Source: Balanoglossus misakiensis (Eukaryota; Animalia; Hemichordata). From it: a stretch of 64,000 bases of DNA. Location of the stretch: NCBI GenBank assembly GCA_040954595.2, contig CM082592.2, positions 6,613,531 to 6,677,530 on the forward strand, written 5' to 3'. The notes below the pieces were generated by a model. The model was given only the letters and a program-made list of their open reading frames with translations. It was not told where the DNA came from and ran no database searches. The first letter of the stretch is position 1. Every line of letters starts with the position of its first letter. Of the stretch, positions 1 through 12,065 are shown piece after piece. The position numbers and the translations under genes are program-made.

Positions 1-3000
1 ATTCTGTTCACAAAGAAGGCGGAAACCATGAGTTGCCTATTTCTTTCGAGAACCTTCCACGAAGAAGAGGCAATTGAAGAAGTCATTGTTCCAATTCCAT
101 CTTTTGACAGTAGTACAAAAACTAGTCTTGCGAGTACAAACAATGAACTTGAAAAGGTATGTTTCCAATTTGAAACTCAAATGGTACAACCACTCCCCAT
201 GTCAATGTTTTTGAACATTACATGTAGAAGTAATTTCTCTCAAGTTGTCAGACTACCTGAAATACAATTGAATGTAGTTAAGAAATGAAAGTGTACAAAG
301 TTAATAATATCCACTCAGGTAATGATTTTCTTTTCACCTTGACAATGCTCTTATTCGTAAAGCTATATAGTATTGCTCTATCCATCCAGAAAACATTTCT
401 TCAAAAATTGTTGATATGAAATCTTCAGGTGTTGCTAATTTACTGATTTGTTATGAACAGCACATGCAAGAATTAGAGTTGATACTGAAGTACTCTCCAT
501 TCCATACACAAGAGGAGTTTATGGCACAGTTTGACAAGATCACAGGGGAATCAGGTATGTATCTGAGGAATATACAAGAAGGCTATCTATCTGGGGGTAG
601 ATGTCACCTGTTAACCCTTTCGCAGCCACAATTCAGTCCAAACCCATTGTGTTTCTAAGGTAACGTTGGACCTCTAAAGAAGGAACTGGGGGCTAAAGAA
701 AAGTTTGTATCAACAGTAATAGAAAAGCATTCCAGATGTACACTTACTTTAAAAAATTAGTATAAACCACAAGTTAGATGTCACAAGGGCTAAGTTGAGT
801 ATGGCCCCTGGGCATTAGTTTAAATAATTGAGTTACTATGATCAGGTTTCAAATTGAAGTGGGATTGTATTAAAGTCTTAGGTATTGTATGTGATCATTC
901 TATATCTATATTTAAGAACAAACATCTGTAGTTGTATGGTCACATTCCACTTAAAATGAAAACCTGTGTGCTTATTATTATGGAAATTGACTCATTTAGT
1001 ACCTTTCTAAATTAAAGGTGCTTCCAAAAATAAAACGAAATACGTGACTCATAAAAAATAGTGGTATATTTTTAATTTTATTCATGGAATTTTATTTTTA
1101 AATATCATGAAATATGTCATGGGTTGCTGCAGTGGTATCAATGTTCAGTAATGGTACAGTGTATCATAACTGCCAGATTTGACCAAAGGCTGAACTACTG
1201 AGTGTGAATGATATGATGTTATGTATTCACCTGAGAGGGCCATGGTGTGACACTATCTTTATACTTAAATATAGTGCACATATTGGGGACAGAATTTCAG
1301 ACAAATGACAGTTCTCTAAACCTTTCAATTCTTTGCCATAATATTAAAGTATGTGATTAGTCTTTTAGACATAAAAGAAGAAAATGGGGCGTTCATAGCT
1401 ACTTCAATTTTTCTCCATAGTGTTAAATACAGATTGGCGGCCATTTTGATTTGGCGGCCATTTTGAATTACAAATTTGCTGTCTCCTGATACAGTATACA
1501 TGCCGGATGCAGTGCCAGTTTTCACATCAGTGCACATTTTTATCCCCACACGTTTTCCAGGCACACTAGTAGTACTTTACAACCTGAAGGTACTTGATAA
1601 TGGAGATCCTGAGCTCGATATTAAGACAGACACTAAAGACATTTTGATGGCAAACCCATACTATGTTGAAGGTCAAAATGATGACAGGTAAGTCGGTGAT
1701 GGGCAGCCTTTAATATAGCTCATGGATGGACTAACAGTTTTGGGGGCTGGGATATTATTATATTGCTCAATCTAGCTCAGTGGACTATATAATTGTTGGA
1801 CTAAAATATTGGCTGGAAGTCAAGTGGGAATTTTTTTTCTCCAAACAGTGGATGTTTAATGTGCAGTTGACTGCATCCACAGTTTTCAGGAATTAGGCCA
1901 CCCCACTTGGTTTCTTTATTTGGAGCAGTTGAAAAAACAGACTGCTCTATTTGCAGCATGATTTATGTGGAGTTATATTGCTCTCACAATAGGGACTATT
2001 TGGAAAGGAGGTCATTCAGGGCATATTCCGCAGTGCTGTATGTTGAACCGAAAATGAAGGTGTACATCAGAGGGCACAAAGTTCAAACCAAAAGATTGCC
2101 AAACTCACTCTACAAACCCAGGTAAGCGAACGTGTTCTTAATTTTAGTCTTGTGATGTGCTCTCCAAGAAATGTTTGTATTTCAAGTTGAATTAAAGCTG
2201 CAAGCAGCGTTGAAGGGGCCCAAGCATAGTGTGAATAACCATTAGACTCCATTCAGTGTTGTACAATTCAAATGCGTAGGCTGTATTTGCTCTCGATGTT
2301 GAGATATTGGGAAGTAGGCAACCACCCGAAATGCATGTCCTACAAGTACAAACACAACAACCAAAGGTGAACTTCTACGTTGTAAGTACTTCAGTAAGTA
2401 CATCAAAGGTCAGCTGAGGTACCCAAAATTGGGACAAAAATTAGGATTCTCTTTTGGTTCATATTCAAGACAACGGAAAATCCCCGCCCTTTGGGTTTGT
2501 CAAATTAGATATGGCCATAATAATGAGTTACGCAAGTAAGTTACAGGTGGCCCCAGGAATTTAGCATTTCATGACACAGAGGGTCCTACCCTACCCCTCC
2601 AAACACCTGGCTATATATGATGTGCATGCTAACATATGGAAAGCAGGTCAATGGACACCTGACGTCACCCAAAAATTTGACAATAAATTGTCATTCCTGT
2701 TTATGTCATGTGCAACAAATCATGCATCTACAGCCCTTCCACTTTGCCTACCATTAGGTATACATGTAATACATGAATCAAGCAGGTGTCACAGGTATCC
2801 GGCTGTATTTGGCATTTCATGATAATTTCATCCCTCCAAATACCAAAGCTGCACCTGTACAACGTGCTGAGATGTGGCACTGTACGACAGAGGTCATCCA
2901 AATCACCTTATACGTTTGGGCAAAAATCAACTGACACACATTCGTCCCTGTGGAACAAAAACCACACATATCGCCCCGTTGGTTAGTGTAAAATTAAATG

Positions 3001-6000
3001 TACAAAATCAATGACTTTGGCAGGTGCAACAGGTGACCCCGCCTTTGGTATACCATTATGGTCCTATCCGTATATCCCCCACTCCAAACCTGCATGCATC
3101 TGCTTTTATTCACTAAGCAAAAGCAGGTGAAATGTCACATAAGGTCGCCCACAACTTGACAGGAAAATCGGACTTCATATTGATCCATGTGCAACAAAAA
3201 TCACGCTAGCATCCCTTTCATTGACCCCACAATTACGCATGCACATAATTGAGTTACGCAGGTGACCCCCGAAACGGGCGTATTATTTTGGTCCCATACA
3301 GCTGCATGAACCTACGTGCCATTACGGGCGACCTGATAACCCCCACGGCCACCTGCGAGCCGACCCCCATACTGAACATCCAGTTGCAATGTCTTGACTG
3401 AAGTAGGAACTTTTGAACGGCAACGAAGCCTGATCTCTGATTATTGCTGGTACCATACTCCCTTCGTGCAAGAAAATCACTGGTCTGCTTACGTATTCGG
3501 CCGATTTCCCGAACTAATACCCACTACATGTGACTACCATGCTAATGAAACCTGACTCGCCCATTAGCGACTGAGGGTCAAAGTCCACTGCCGCAATGTT
3601 AACCAGTGTAGCCGGGTCTGGATAGAAACATTTGAACGGCAACAGCTAACAAACTCAGCGTACTTCAATAAAACGCCCTAACACAGACTGAACTCTGATA
3701 ATGTGTTGTCCCAAAATTCATTCCGTGGAAAATAATCACTGGTCTGTTTACGTATTTCAGCCGATTTTCCAACGAAGTGTGTACCCTGCTAATGAGACCT
3801 CCGCAGGATTACGTAATGACAGTGAAAGTCCGATACCCAAGTGTTCGTCCTCAGCCCACCAAAAAATGCGAAAAATATTACAAAAATCTTCTTCTCAAAA
3901 TCGACTTGGCCTAGGACCTTGAAATTTGGCACAGGCGATTTTGGCCACATAGTCTACAAAAATCGCGAAAAGAATGTACATGCCCCCATTAACGTGCACA
4001 TTAGGTCAATTTGAAAATTTCGCTCGATTACAGACACAAAGTCACGTGACTAATTACAAATTCAAAGGGCAGGTGCACTAGTACTCATGGGCCCCAACCA
4101 CCGTGCAAAATTTGGTAGGCGCAGCTGCCGGAATTTCAGAGAAAAACGGGCGCAAAAAAACGACTCAAGAAGAAAGAAGAAAAACTCCAGCAATAACAGA
4201 AGGGGACCAAGCGCCTGAGGGCGCTTGGTCCCCTAATAATAAACTCTGTTAGGTTGAGTTATTTTTCCCTTCTGCAAGTGGTACTTAGCCTTGAGGTGAA
4301 GACGTGTGCCTTCAGATGACATTGTAAGCCCAGCGTTGTGAAAGGATCCATTGTTTACACTGTCTCCCGGGGAAACAAGTAAAAACATGGCCACTGTTGG
4401 TTCAAAGGTCATTCATAGGGTGTCATGTGGGTGACTGGGTCAGATGACATTCTACCGGTCTTTAGTTACCCACAATAGGCGTCAATATATTTTGCTGGAT
4501 GTTTTCACAATTTTATCACCTGTCAGAAGCAAGGCAATTGTTAGCTGGCAATCAGTGTTTTGCTGTCTTTGCAAATGCTCTTAAAGCAGCCAGAAGTGTT
4601 GAATGTGAAAGCTAAATGCAATTCTACATAATTTGTGCGACTTCTTCCCCTTTCCTAAAATTGAGACGTCTTTGTTGTCAGAGTATTGGCATTTTGCTTT
4701 CGGATCAGACAAGTACAGAGTATTTTTATATTTTGTCCTTTGCCCTTAGAATGTACAAATACACATCATCACGCTTTAGAACAAGGTCAGAAACCGAAGC
4801 AGCCAAGGCTATGCAGGAGGCAAAGTGGGGTAAGCTGAATTTATGAGACATCATAAGAATGTGCTCCAAAAGAACAAAGATAACACTGTGGTGTGGGTAC
4901 TATGTCATCTGTGGACTTTGACATGATTTACGTTACAATAGACAGGTCTATTGCTCATTGTGGGGAACCTGTTTATTTTTTATCGTTGCTGCTTTTTATA
5001 CCTGTATTACATCAGCATATTTACTGTTATTTTCACTTGTTTCTCATTGTTACATGATTAAATGAACTCATGGCCAAGTCAAAGTGACTCTTGGTCTTGG
5101 TCTTGAGATGACATACAAATGAATTTGTAAGGCAAAGAACATCGGAAATGTGAATGTCAATCTTACCGAGGGTACTGCTGTATTCTTATTCAGCTCTTGA
5201 AAAGGCCAAGGAGGCAGAGATGAAGGCAAAGAGTATGGACAGTAAAGTAAGTGGGGTGTCGAAGGAAGCAAGGGTAAGTAACCGTGCGTGGTATATATTT
5301 AGTTAAAGGAGCAATTTTCAATCCCTGGTTCTCTCATTAGTTCTTGTTGACATTGAATGTCTCTGTGGTGCAGACCTATTGTTCGCCATTGAAAATCGTT
5401 ATCAAGTTAATGCGTTTGCTTTTAGATATAGCTGATATTTAAACCATGGACATACATACCTTTGTAGTCCAATTAGTCAATCATGCCCTGAAAAAGAAAA
5501 TAGATGCAACTAATTCAAAGTGGCTCATGGTAATTTGTGGGAGTTCAGTTGCAGTTTTCAATTAACATTTGAAATCTCCAGGAGGCAGTATTGGTTATTT
5601 TGATACACTCATTGTGACATTGATGACTTTCCTGTGAATTCAGGCCAAAGTGAGGCAGGCACAGATGGAGGCAGCGGAACTTCGGACAGATGCAAACTTC
5701 AAGAAACAGCTGGCCGAGCGAAAGCAGAAATCACTCAAAGAACCGAAAACTCTGTCGTTTATTTTTGGAATGAACATTGAGAACAGGCAGTGTGACGGTG
5801 TGTTTGTTTACAACTGTAACCGGCTTATTAAAATGTATGAAAGAGTTGGACCACAGCTAGAGGGAGGAGTGTAAGTAATTGCACTTCTGAGAATATAAAC
5901 ATGTAGTTAGTTTTTTTAGATTGAATTATTTGAGTCTTTTATGGTGTAGGAATTATAGAATATTTTTTGAAATGTTGATGAAAAGTCACCTGCTCGTATT

Positions 6001-9000
6001 TCACACAACAGTCACTGCAGTGGTGTGTTGGGAATCGTCGATGTGCCCTACTTGGTTCTGGAACCAACGCATAACAAGCAAGACTTTGCTGATGCCAAGG
6101 AATACCGGCATCTTTTAAAAGCTATGGGGGAACACTTAGTCCAGTACTGGAAAGACACAGGAATAGGTAGGTGATAGGTCACTTGAACATCTGGACTGTT
6201 CATGTCTGGGAATTTGATTGTCTGATAAACAACAAGTGGCAAAGTGCACAGACTGAGTCAGTCTTCAGACAGTGGGACTCTTGGGAACAATACATGTAAT
6301 ATAAAATGTATCAGATGTACAGGAGAATGTGATAAAAAGTATCAAATTTTTTGCAAACTATATACAGTGTATCAGTTGCAATGTGCAACATTTTAAATTT
6401 GCTACATTGTAACACTGTCAATAAAAGTTTGTGTACTGCTTTCACAGGGAGGGGTGACAAAGGAGAAGACAAATGAATTTATCTGTGTTCAAATTTTTGT
6501 GGTTAATTTCTTACAGTCCAGCAGGGAGTAACAAAATTTTGGGAAAATTTCGGCTATATCAGCCCTGCATGGAAAGACCCACCGTCTACAGATGCAAAGT
6601 ATCTCAGGAAGCGAGCCATGCAAATCCCTATCACCATACAGTGTGGTAAGTTTGACTGAAGTGTTTTTTTTATGGCTTACAGTCGAATTTGTGAATGGAC
6701 GCACACAATATATTAAAATGGTAGTAAAGTGTCATTGATTCTAGCTTTCATTCTTTTTCTCTTTCTCAGACACCTGCCTAAAGTGGCGAGTTCTTCCATT
6801 TTCTGCAAGCAATCTCAACAAAGAAATCCCTGAATATTGGGTGTGTAGCATGAACCCTGATCACAGTCACAACAGGTAGAGTTTTACAAGTGATTTCAAA
6901 ATTGAAAACAACAAATCACAGTGAATAATAATTCTATGTCTGTGAGATAAAACATAATTATTACAAAGAAAAGTCTCGTCTTAAAGCAATAAGGGGTGAT
7001 ACCCCAGGAGTCAGCATCTTGAACCTGTTGTGATCATGCAGAAAGTCTGAAACGCATGTCCAGAATTACTAAGTGTTTGGTAATGGTTCATTTCTCAGGT
7101 GTACGATAGCAGAACAAAAATGTAACATGCCAATGGGGTCGTTAAAAAAAGAAAGCAAAACGGCAGAGGACAAAAAGAAAGATTTAATGGAGGTAAGTAT
7201 AAATCCACTGTCTGGAAGGATTTAAACAAATAAAATATTGTACATATATTTGAGAATCAGAATCATGTTTTTGAGTGTTTAATCATGGCTTATATGTGGA
7301 AAATGTTTTAAAATGCTCAGATATATCTTATGTTATTATTTACAGGGAATACGAAAGAATCAAGAAAAGTTACAGCAACTAGAGGTAAATATGAAATCTT
7401 ATTTTAAATGTTGCACAAATTTTTGTGTGTATTTTGAACTTCCATTTAGCAGAATGAAAACAGTGTGTATTGTCAATGACATTGTTTGCATTAAATTTAC
7501 TTTAATAAATATTAATTTATTATTATTTATCAGTTTCAATCTTTTTAACGAAAGGGAAGGGTATACTATGTGATGACTTTTAAAGTACAGTAGCGCATCA
7601 CCATTCACAATAGTGTACAAAAAATCACATAACCCTTCGAGTATCAGATACTATACGACAATTTGTGCACAGTAAAATATTACCATGGGAACAATTTGCT
7701 GTTTAGAACGGTCGACCTTGATATGTTTGAGGTGCATTGTATATGATGTCTCTATTCTTCCCTCGGGGAATATTTCCATGGAAATGCCATCAAATGGTTT
7801 CTTTTGTGAGTTTGTGAATGTCTTGCTTTAATAATTTATGGTGATGACTATCAGGTTTTTCTGTGATGGAAATTTCCACTCACATTTAAATTTTATATTT
7901 TACAATTTTGTAACATTTTTTGTGAACAACTGTATTTTTTTTATACTGGTTTTAGAAACTACAAGTACATGTATGTTAATATCAAAAAAATATTAATAAA
8001 TTGAAAAGACAATAAAATTATTAAAACAGAATTTTTTGCAAATTAGCATTTGGTGAGAGTAAAAGTGTGTCGGAACCAAATTTTTTGGAGGTGTGAGATT
8101 TGGTCAGGTGGTCTTATGGATTGCTTGTGAATTGAATTGAATTGAATTAGAGTGGTAGTTAGAGTTTGAATGCATAAAATACAATCTGACTTGCCCGCAG
8201 ATTTGAAGTAAAAGATCTAATGATGCGTAATTATTTTTTCCAGAAAACAACAACAGTGACGTCGAGGAACCATCTGCCGCCACGAGAGCCAATTCCGGCA
8301 GAAACACCGCCGAGGAGGAACAGTACCAATTCCAGACCCGTTGGGAAGGCGTCTCCCGTAGTCACAAAGACAATAAGGCCGGCCCCGACAACCTCATCAA
8401 GGGAGGTCAGTGCCTAGAAAATGCAAAGTTAGACTGACTCAACTGTGGTGTTTATTTTGATGTTTCACTTTCAATCTAAGATTTGCCGAAATCAGGATAT
8501 CAAGTATCCCTGTAGTTCACGATCTAAGAAAGCTGAATTTGGCAAAAGATAACATTTTTGTAAATTTACAGGTGGTTTCGAAACCTATCGGGAAGGCCTC
8601 GCCTGTGGTCAACAGCAGTCGAAGGTATTCGTCTGCTAGTACAACACACACTTCTTCCAATCAAGTCAGTCGAAAAACACCAACTCCAGTAAGGAAACCT
8701 GACATCTCGCCTACAAAGGTAAGACACAAGGCTGTCTGAGCTGATACGATGGTCCATCTACTGAATTATGTTTTAAATAAATGTTCATCACAGAAGATGT
8801 AATTGTTACAGGACTTTCTGTGAGAAATGGTGACATTAGATTACTTCCTGTGCATTCGTAGAGTGATTAATTTTTTTCTCTGTTTATTATGAAAGATAAA
8901 TAATAAATATACTCATGTATTTTACAGGATTTTAAACTGTACTGTATTATACAAATTCGTATACATAATCAATACTTTATGAGTTCTTGTTCTCATAGTT

Positions 9001-12000
9001 TTTCCATTACAATTTTATAAGGGATTAAAAATGTCTGATATGTTCGTTGCAGACAGTGAAACAATCGCAGGTTGCTGAAGCAAGCAAGAAGGTGCCAACA
9101 CAGAAGAGGAAAAGCAATTCGGTGACAGAGACAGTCATTCCATCAGACAGTGAAGTGAGTGAAATATGTATCCTGTATACCAGGAAACGGTTTTCCATGT
9201 GTGGTATTTCCTGTTTAGCCAGTGTGAATGACAGTAATGTTTCTTTGTATAGAGCCGTCTTAGGATATTATTTTGGCATATGCACTGAACACCACAAGAA
9301 AAGTGCCTTTAAAACATGAGGTGTGCTGCTAAATCCCTTTGAAAATATTTTGCAGTGTAATTCATGGGGATGAAATGCTTTAATATTGTCTTTGCTTTCA
9401 ATATGACAGTCTGATGACATTCCAACCAAGAAGAAGAAAAACGGAAGTGTCATGAAAGAAGCAGTTAAGACCAAAACGTCACGGAGCAAATCAAACGAGG
9501 CAAGTTGAGAAAATTTATGATCAATGTTTAAAAAGATATGAGGAAATATGTTGTCGTCTACTTCCTCAACCCTTGACTCATAATCTGAGATCTTTCACTG
9601 TTTTTTTTGTCATCACAGTCTGTTACGTCAGAAGAACCCATGGATGTTGAAACTGATGCAAGTGTTAGTGATATCGACGAAAACCATGAAGGTGGGTCCA
9701 GTTTAATTTTAACTTCTGAAAACGCCATTTTTTGCGTAATCATCAAGCCTGCAGCTTCATGATACAAAGCAGTTATTTTAAGTTTGGAAAAATTTGGAAT
9801 GTTTTGATTTAAACACTTCTTGACATTTTTTCTATGCTTGCATATTCAAATGCATGACTACACTTTTTTAGTAGACAGGCCAGTTCATAAGTAGAATGTT
9901 TTGATTTATTTTTAGGTGGAAGTAAGTCAGATCTGGTGTTCTTTGGGAAATTGGGATATAATTACACAATTAGTGCTTCTGTAGGATGTCAGCAGCTTAA
10001 AAATAAGAAGGAGCCCACATAATGTGTGTGTTTCAAATTCAGAATAGTCGTGGTTAGAATTCCCATCTGTACATAGAATCTCTAGGTAGGAGTTTGGCCC
10101 AGGTAGGTCAGAATGGCTTTTAATGTAGGAGATCTCGAGTTACAGGTAAGATAGCACATGTCAATCAAGATGGTTAGGGAGGGTAGGCCATACTAGGCCG
10201 TGTTTCTCTTCCAAATAAATCTGCTATAACACCTCTCTTGTTGAATAATCAGTTTGTCAACATTGCCCAAGATACTGTCCTAGCGAAAAGAGATTATTGT
10301 ACCACACCCCTCCACAAAGTGACATCATAAACATTGCAGTTATTATTGAGAAGAATTTACATGAAGGCAAATGTTTGTAGATCATTACACTGTATTTATG
10401 ATGTTTTCTGTTGACGCAGAGATTGGTACCAAGATTGAAGCACGCGTGGATGGATCATGGTACCCAGGACAGGTGGTCAAAGTGTCGACAAAGAAAAATA
10501 CTGCAAATCAGTGGAAAATTAAGTTCGATAAGAACCCGAAAGACAAGTATGACAAATGGTGAGTGTACAGAAATATGTGTCATGAATTAAATCCCTTATT
10601 AAAGCAGAACAAACGTCAATGGAGCCCAAACTCTGAAACCTAATGGTAACACTACCAACCATAGTGAATATTGAAAGTTTTGATATCTGTCTAATGCATT
10701 GGTAGACTTTTCCTGAACTATTAACGTCAATTTTTCCTGTGTGCTTTTTATCCAGGTATGACAAGAACAGCAAGGATCTGAGGACAGTAGAGGTAATTTT
10801 TGTGTTTGGTTTACAAGAAAATGTCCTGACACTTTTGCTGAAAAACAATGTAAGACCCCTGCAATGAAGTCTGTGTAACACTAACAGCAGCTTATCCCAC
10901 ATGTTACACTTTTCCAAATCAATATGCAAAATTTAATTCAACTTTAATATGTAACTTTATAACAAGTACTTGGAATACCATGGCGCAGGAGTTTTTGACA
11001 TTGTGTTCTTCTGTTCACAGTCGGAGAAATCTGTGGATGACAAGCACACTGTAAGCAAGGAGAAAGAAGAAAAGAAAGAAGTCGTGGATAATGTTGAGCC
11101 AGAAGTTAAAAATTCTGAAGAGGAGCCACCAAGTGGCAAGCCTGATCCTTCTGATATCTTGAAGATAGCAGAGGGTTACAGGTATGTGTATTACACTATT
11201 CGCATGAGCACTTAACATATGAACCCTGTTTCAGAAACTTATTAATTTCCTCACTTTCTCAACTATTTCGCATGCAAGTATTCCATCAATACTTGGTCAC
11301 CATTGTTTTTTGCTTCACATCTATCTTCCAAACTTTAGGTCTTGTCTCAGGTATTTCCTTCCACCGTCGTGGACAATCAACCAAGAGGAAGTCAGCAATT
11401 TGAGCGTTGAAGACCTAATCAACTTCCCATTGGACAATTTCTTGGATCACTATGAAAAGGGTCTCAGAAAGGTAGCTTATGATTCATATTCGTACTTTAA
11501 TCCTCACTTGCCATTGTGTGTAGTGTAAACTGGTGTTCATTTTTAGCTCCCATTTGGTATATGTATATATACCATTGGGACCTTATGGGATCGGTTGAGT
11601 CTGTATGTATGTCTGTGTGTTCGTATGTGTCACTTTGCGTTGACTGCCACATTAGCCCAGTCTATGAATGAGAGAACCCAAACTGGGTACTAACTGTTGA
11701 CCAGCTGTTGATCCAAACACTATCTTTGCATGCCTTGTTGCAGCTGGTGGGTACGTACCAGAGCCAAGCGGAGGGCAAAGCCAAAGAAGCTGAAGAGGCC
11801 AAATCGAAACTTTCAGGAGTGCGAAAAATGATCGTTCGACTTCTTAAATCAATCAATGAGGTGAGTTGTTCACAAAAATAATTTCGGTACTTGTTAAACA
11901 TGGCCATGTAAATACCGTATGTTTGAGCTATGGACTTTAGAATGTGGTATGATCGAAAATATTTTCTGCCCTTTTCAGGATATTGATATTGATGGCCAGG

Positions 12001-12065
12001 CTGATGGTGATGAGGTGGATGAACTTTTAGCAGCTTGTGTAAGCCAGGCAGTGCAAGGAGAGTGA
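1..12065 (+). CDS. MORC2: MORC family CW-type zinc finger protein 2-like GHKL ATPase, 5'-truncated by the window edge, 23 coding exons visible
   Basis: Spliced exons 1-156, 461-554, 1561-1687, 1993-2121, 4750-4829, 5194-5273, 5644-5870, 6012-6166, 6517-6645, 6770-6875, 7099-7192, 7346-7384, 8244-8405, 8572-8718, 9053-9154, 9410-9499, 9619-9691, 10420-10558, 10756-10792, 11021-11181, 11339-11471, 11744-11860, 11979-12065 sum to 2664 nt (888 codons, in frame, TGA at 12063-12065). The peptides closely match human MORC2 as I recall it: [112 protein letters not shown], the CW finger [18 protein letters not shown], the chromo-like [13 protein letters not shown], and CLRYFLPP. Confidence 0.96.
611..698 (-). 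mobile_element. Degenerate copy of a ~90-bp TTAA/piggyBac-like MITE (MORC2 intron)
   Basis: Starts TTAACCCTTTC and aligns by eye to the reverse complement of 17232-17324 (shared GTTGGACCTCT and AACTGGGGG, similar CATTGTGTTTCTAAGGTAA). The right end is decayed. Confidence 0.65.
1265..1480 (+). mobile_element. Partial copy of an interspersed TTAA-type non-autonomous DNA element
   Basis: Shares GGGGACAGA, CAATTCTTTGCCATA and TTGGCGGCCATTTTGAAT in the same order with 32752-33075. Confidence 0.6.
2192..4236 (-). mobile_element. Non-autonomous Helentron-associated (DINE-1/HINE-like) rolling-circle element in MORC2 intron 2122-4749
   Basis: Perfect 14-bp stem GGGGACCAAGCGCC-tgag-GGCGCTTGGTCCCC at 4202-4233 next to an (AAG)-rich tract at ~4167-4183. 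Subterminal inverted repeat GGGGCCCAAGC at 2215-2225 pairs with GCTTGGTCCCC at 4223-4233 (1 mismatch). Short terminal palindrome GCTGCAAGCAGC at 2197-2208. Both flanks are A/T-rich and there is no coding capacity. This end structure is the described DINE-1/HINE arrangement. Confidence 0.8.

Noticed and set aside
4240-4490. Possible SINE-like fragment next to the Helentron-like element
   Set aside because: No clear pol III A/B boxes or second copy in the window, so it cannot be supported.
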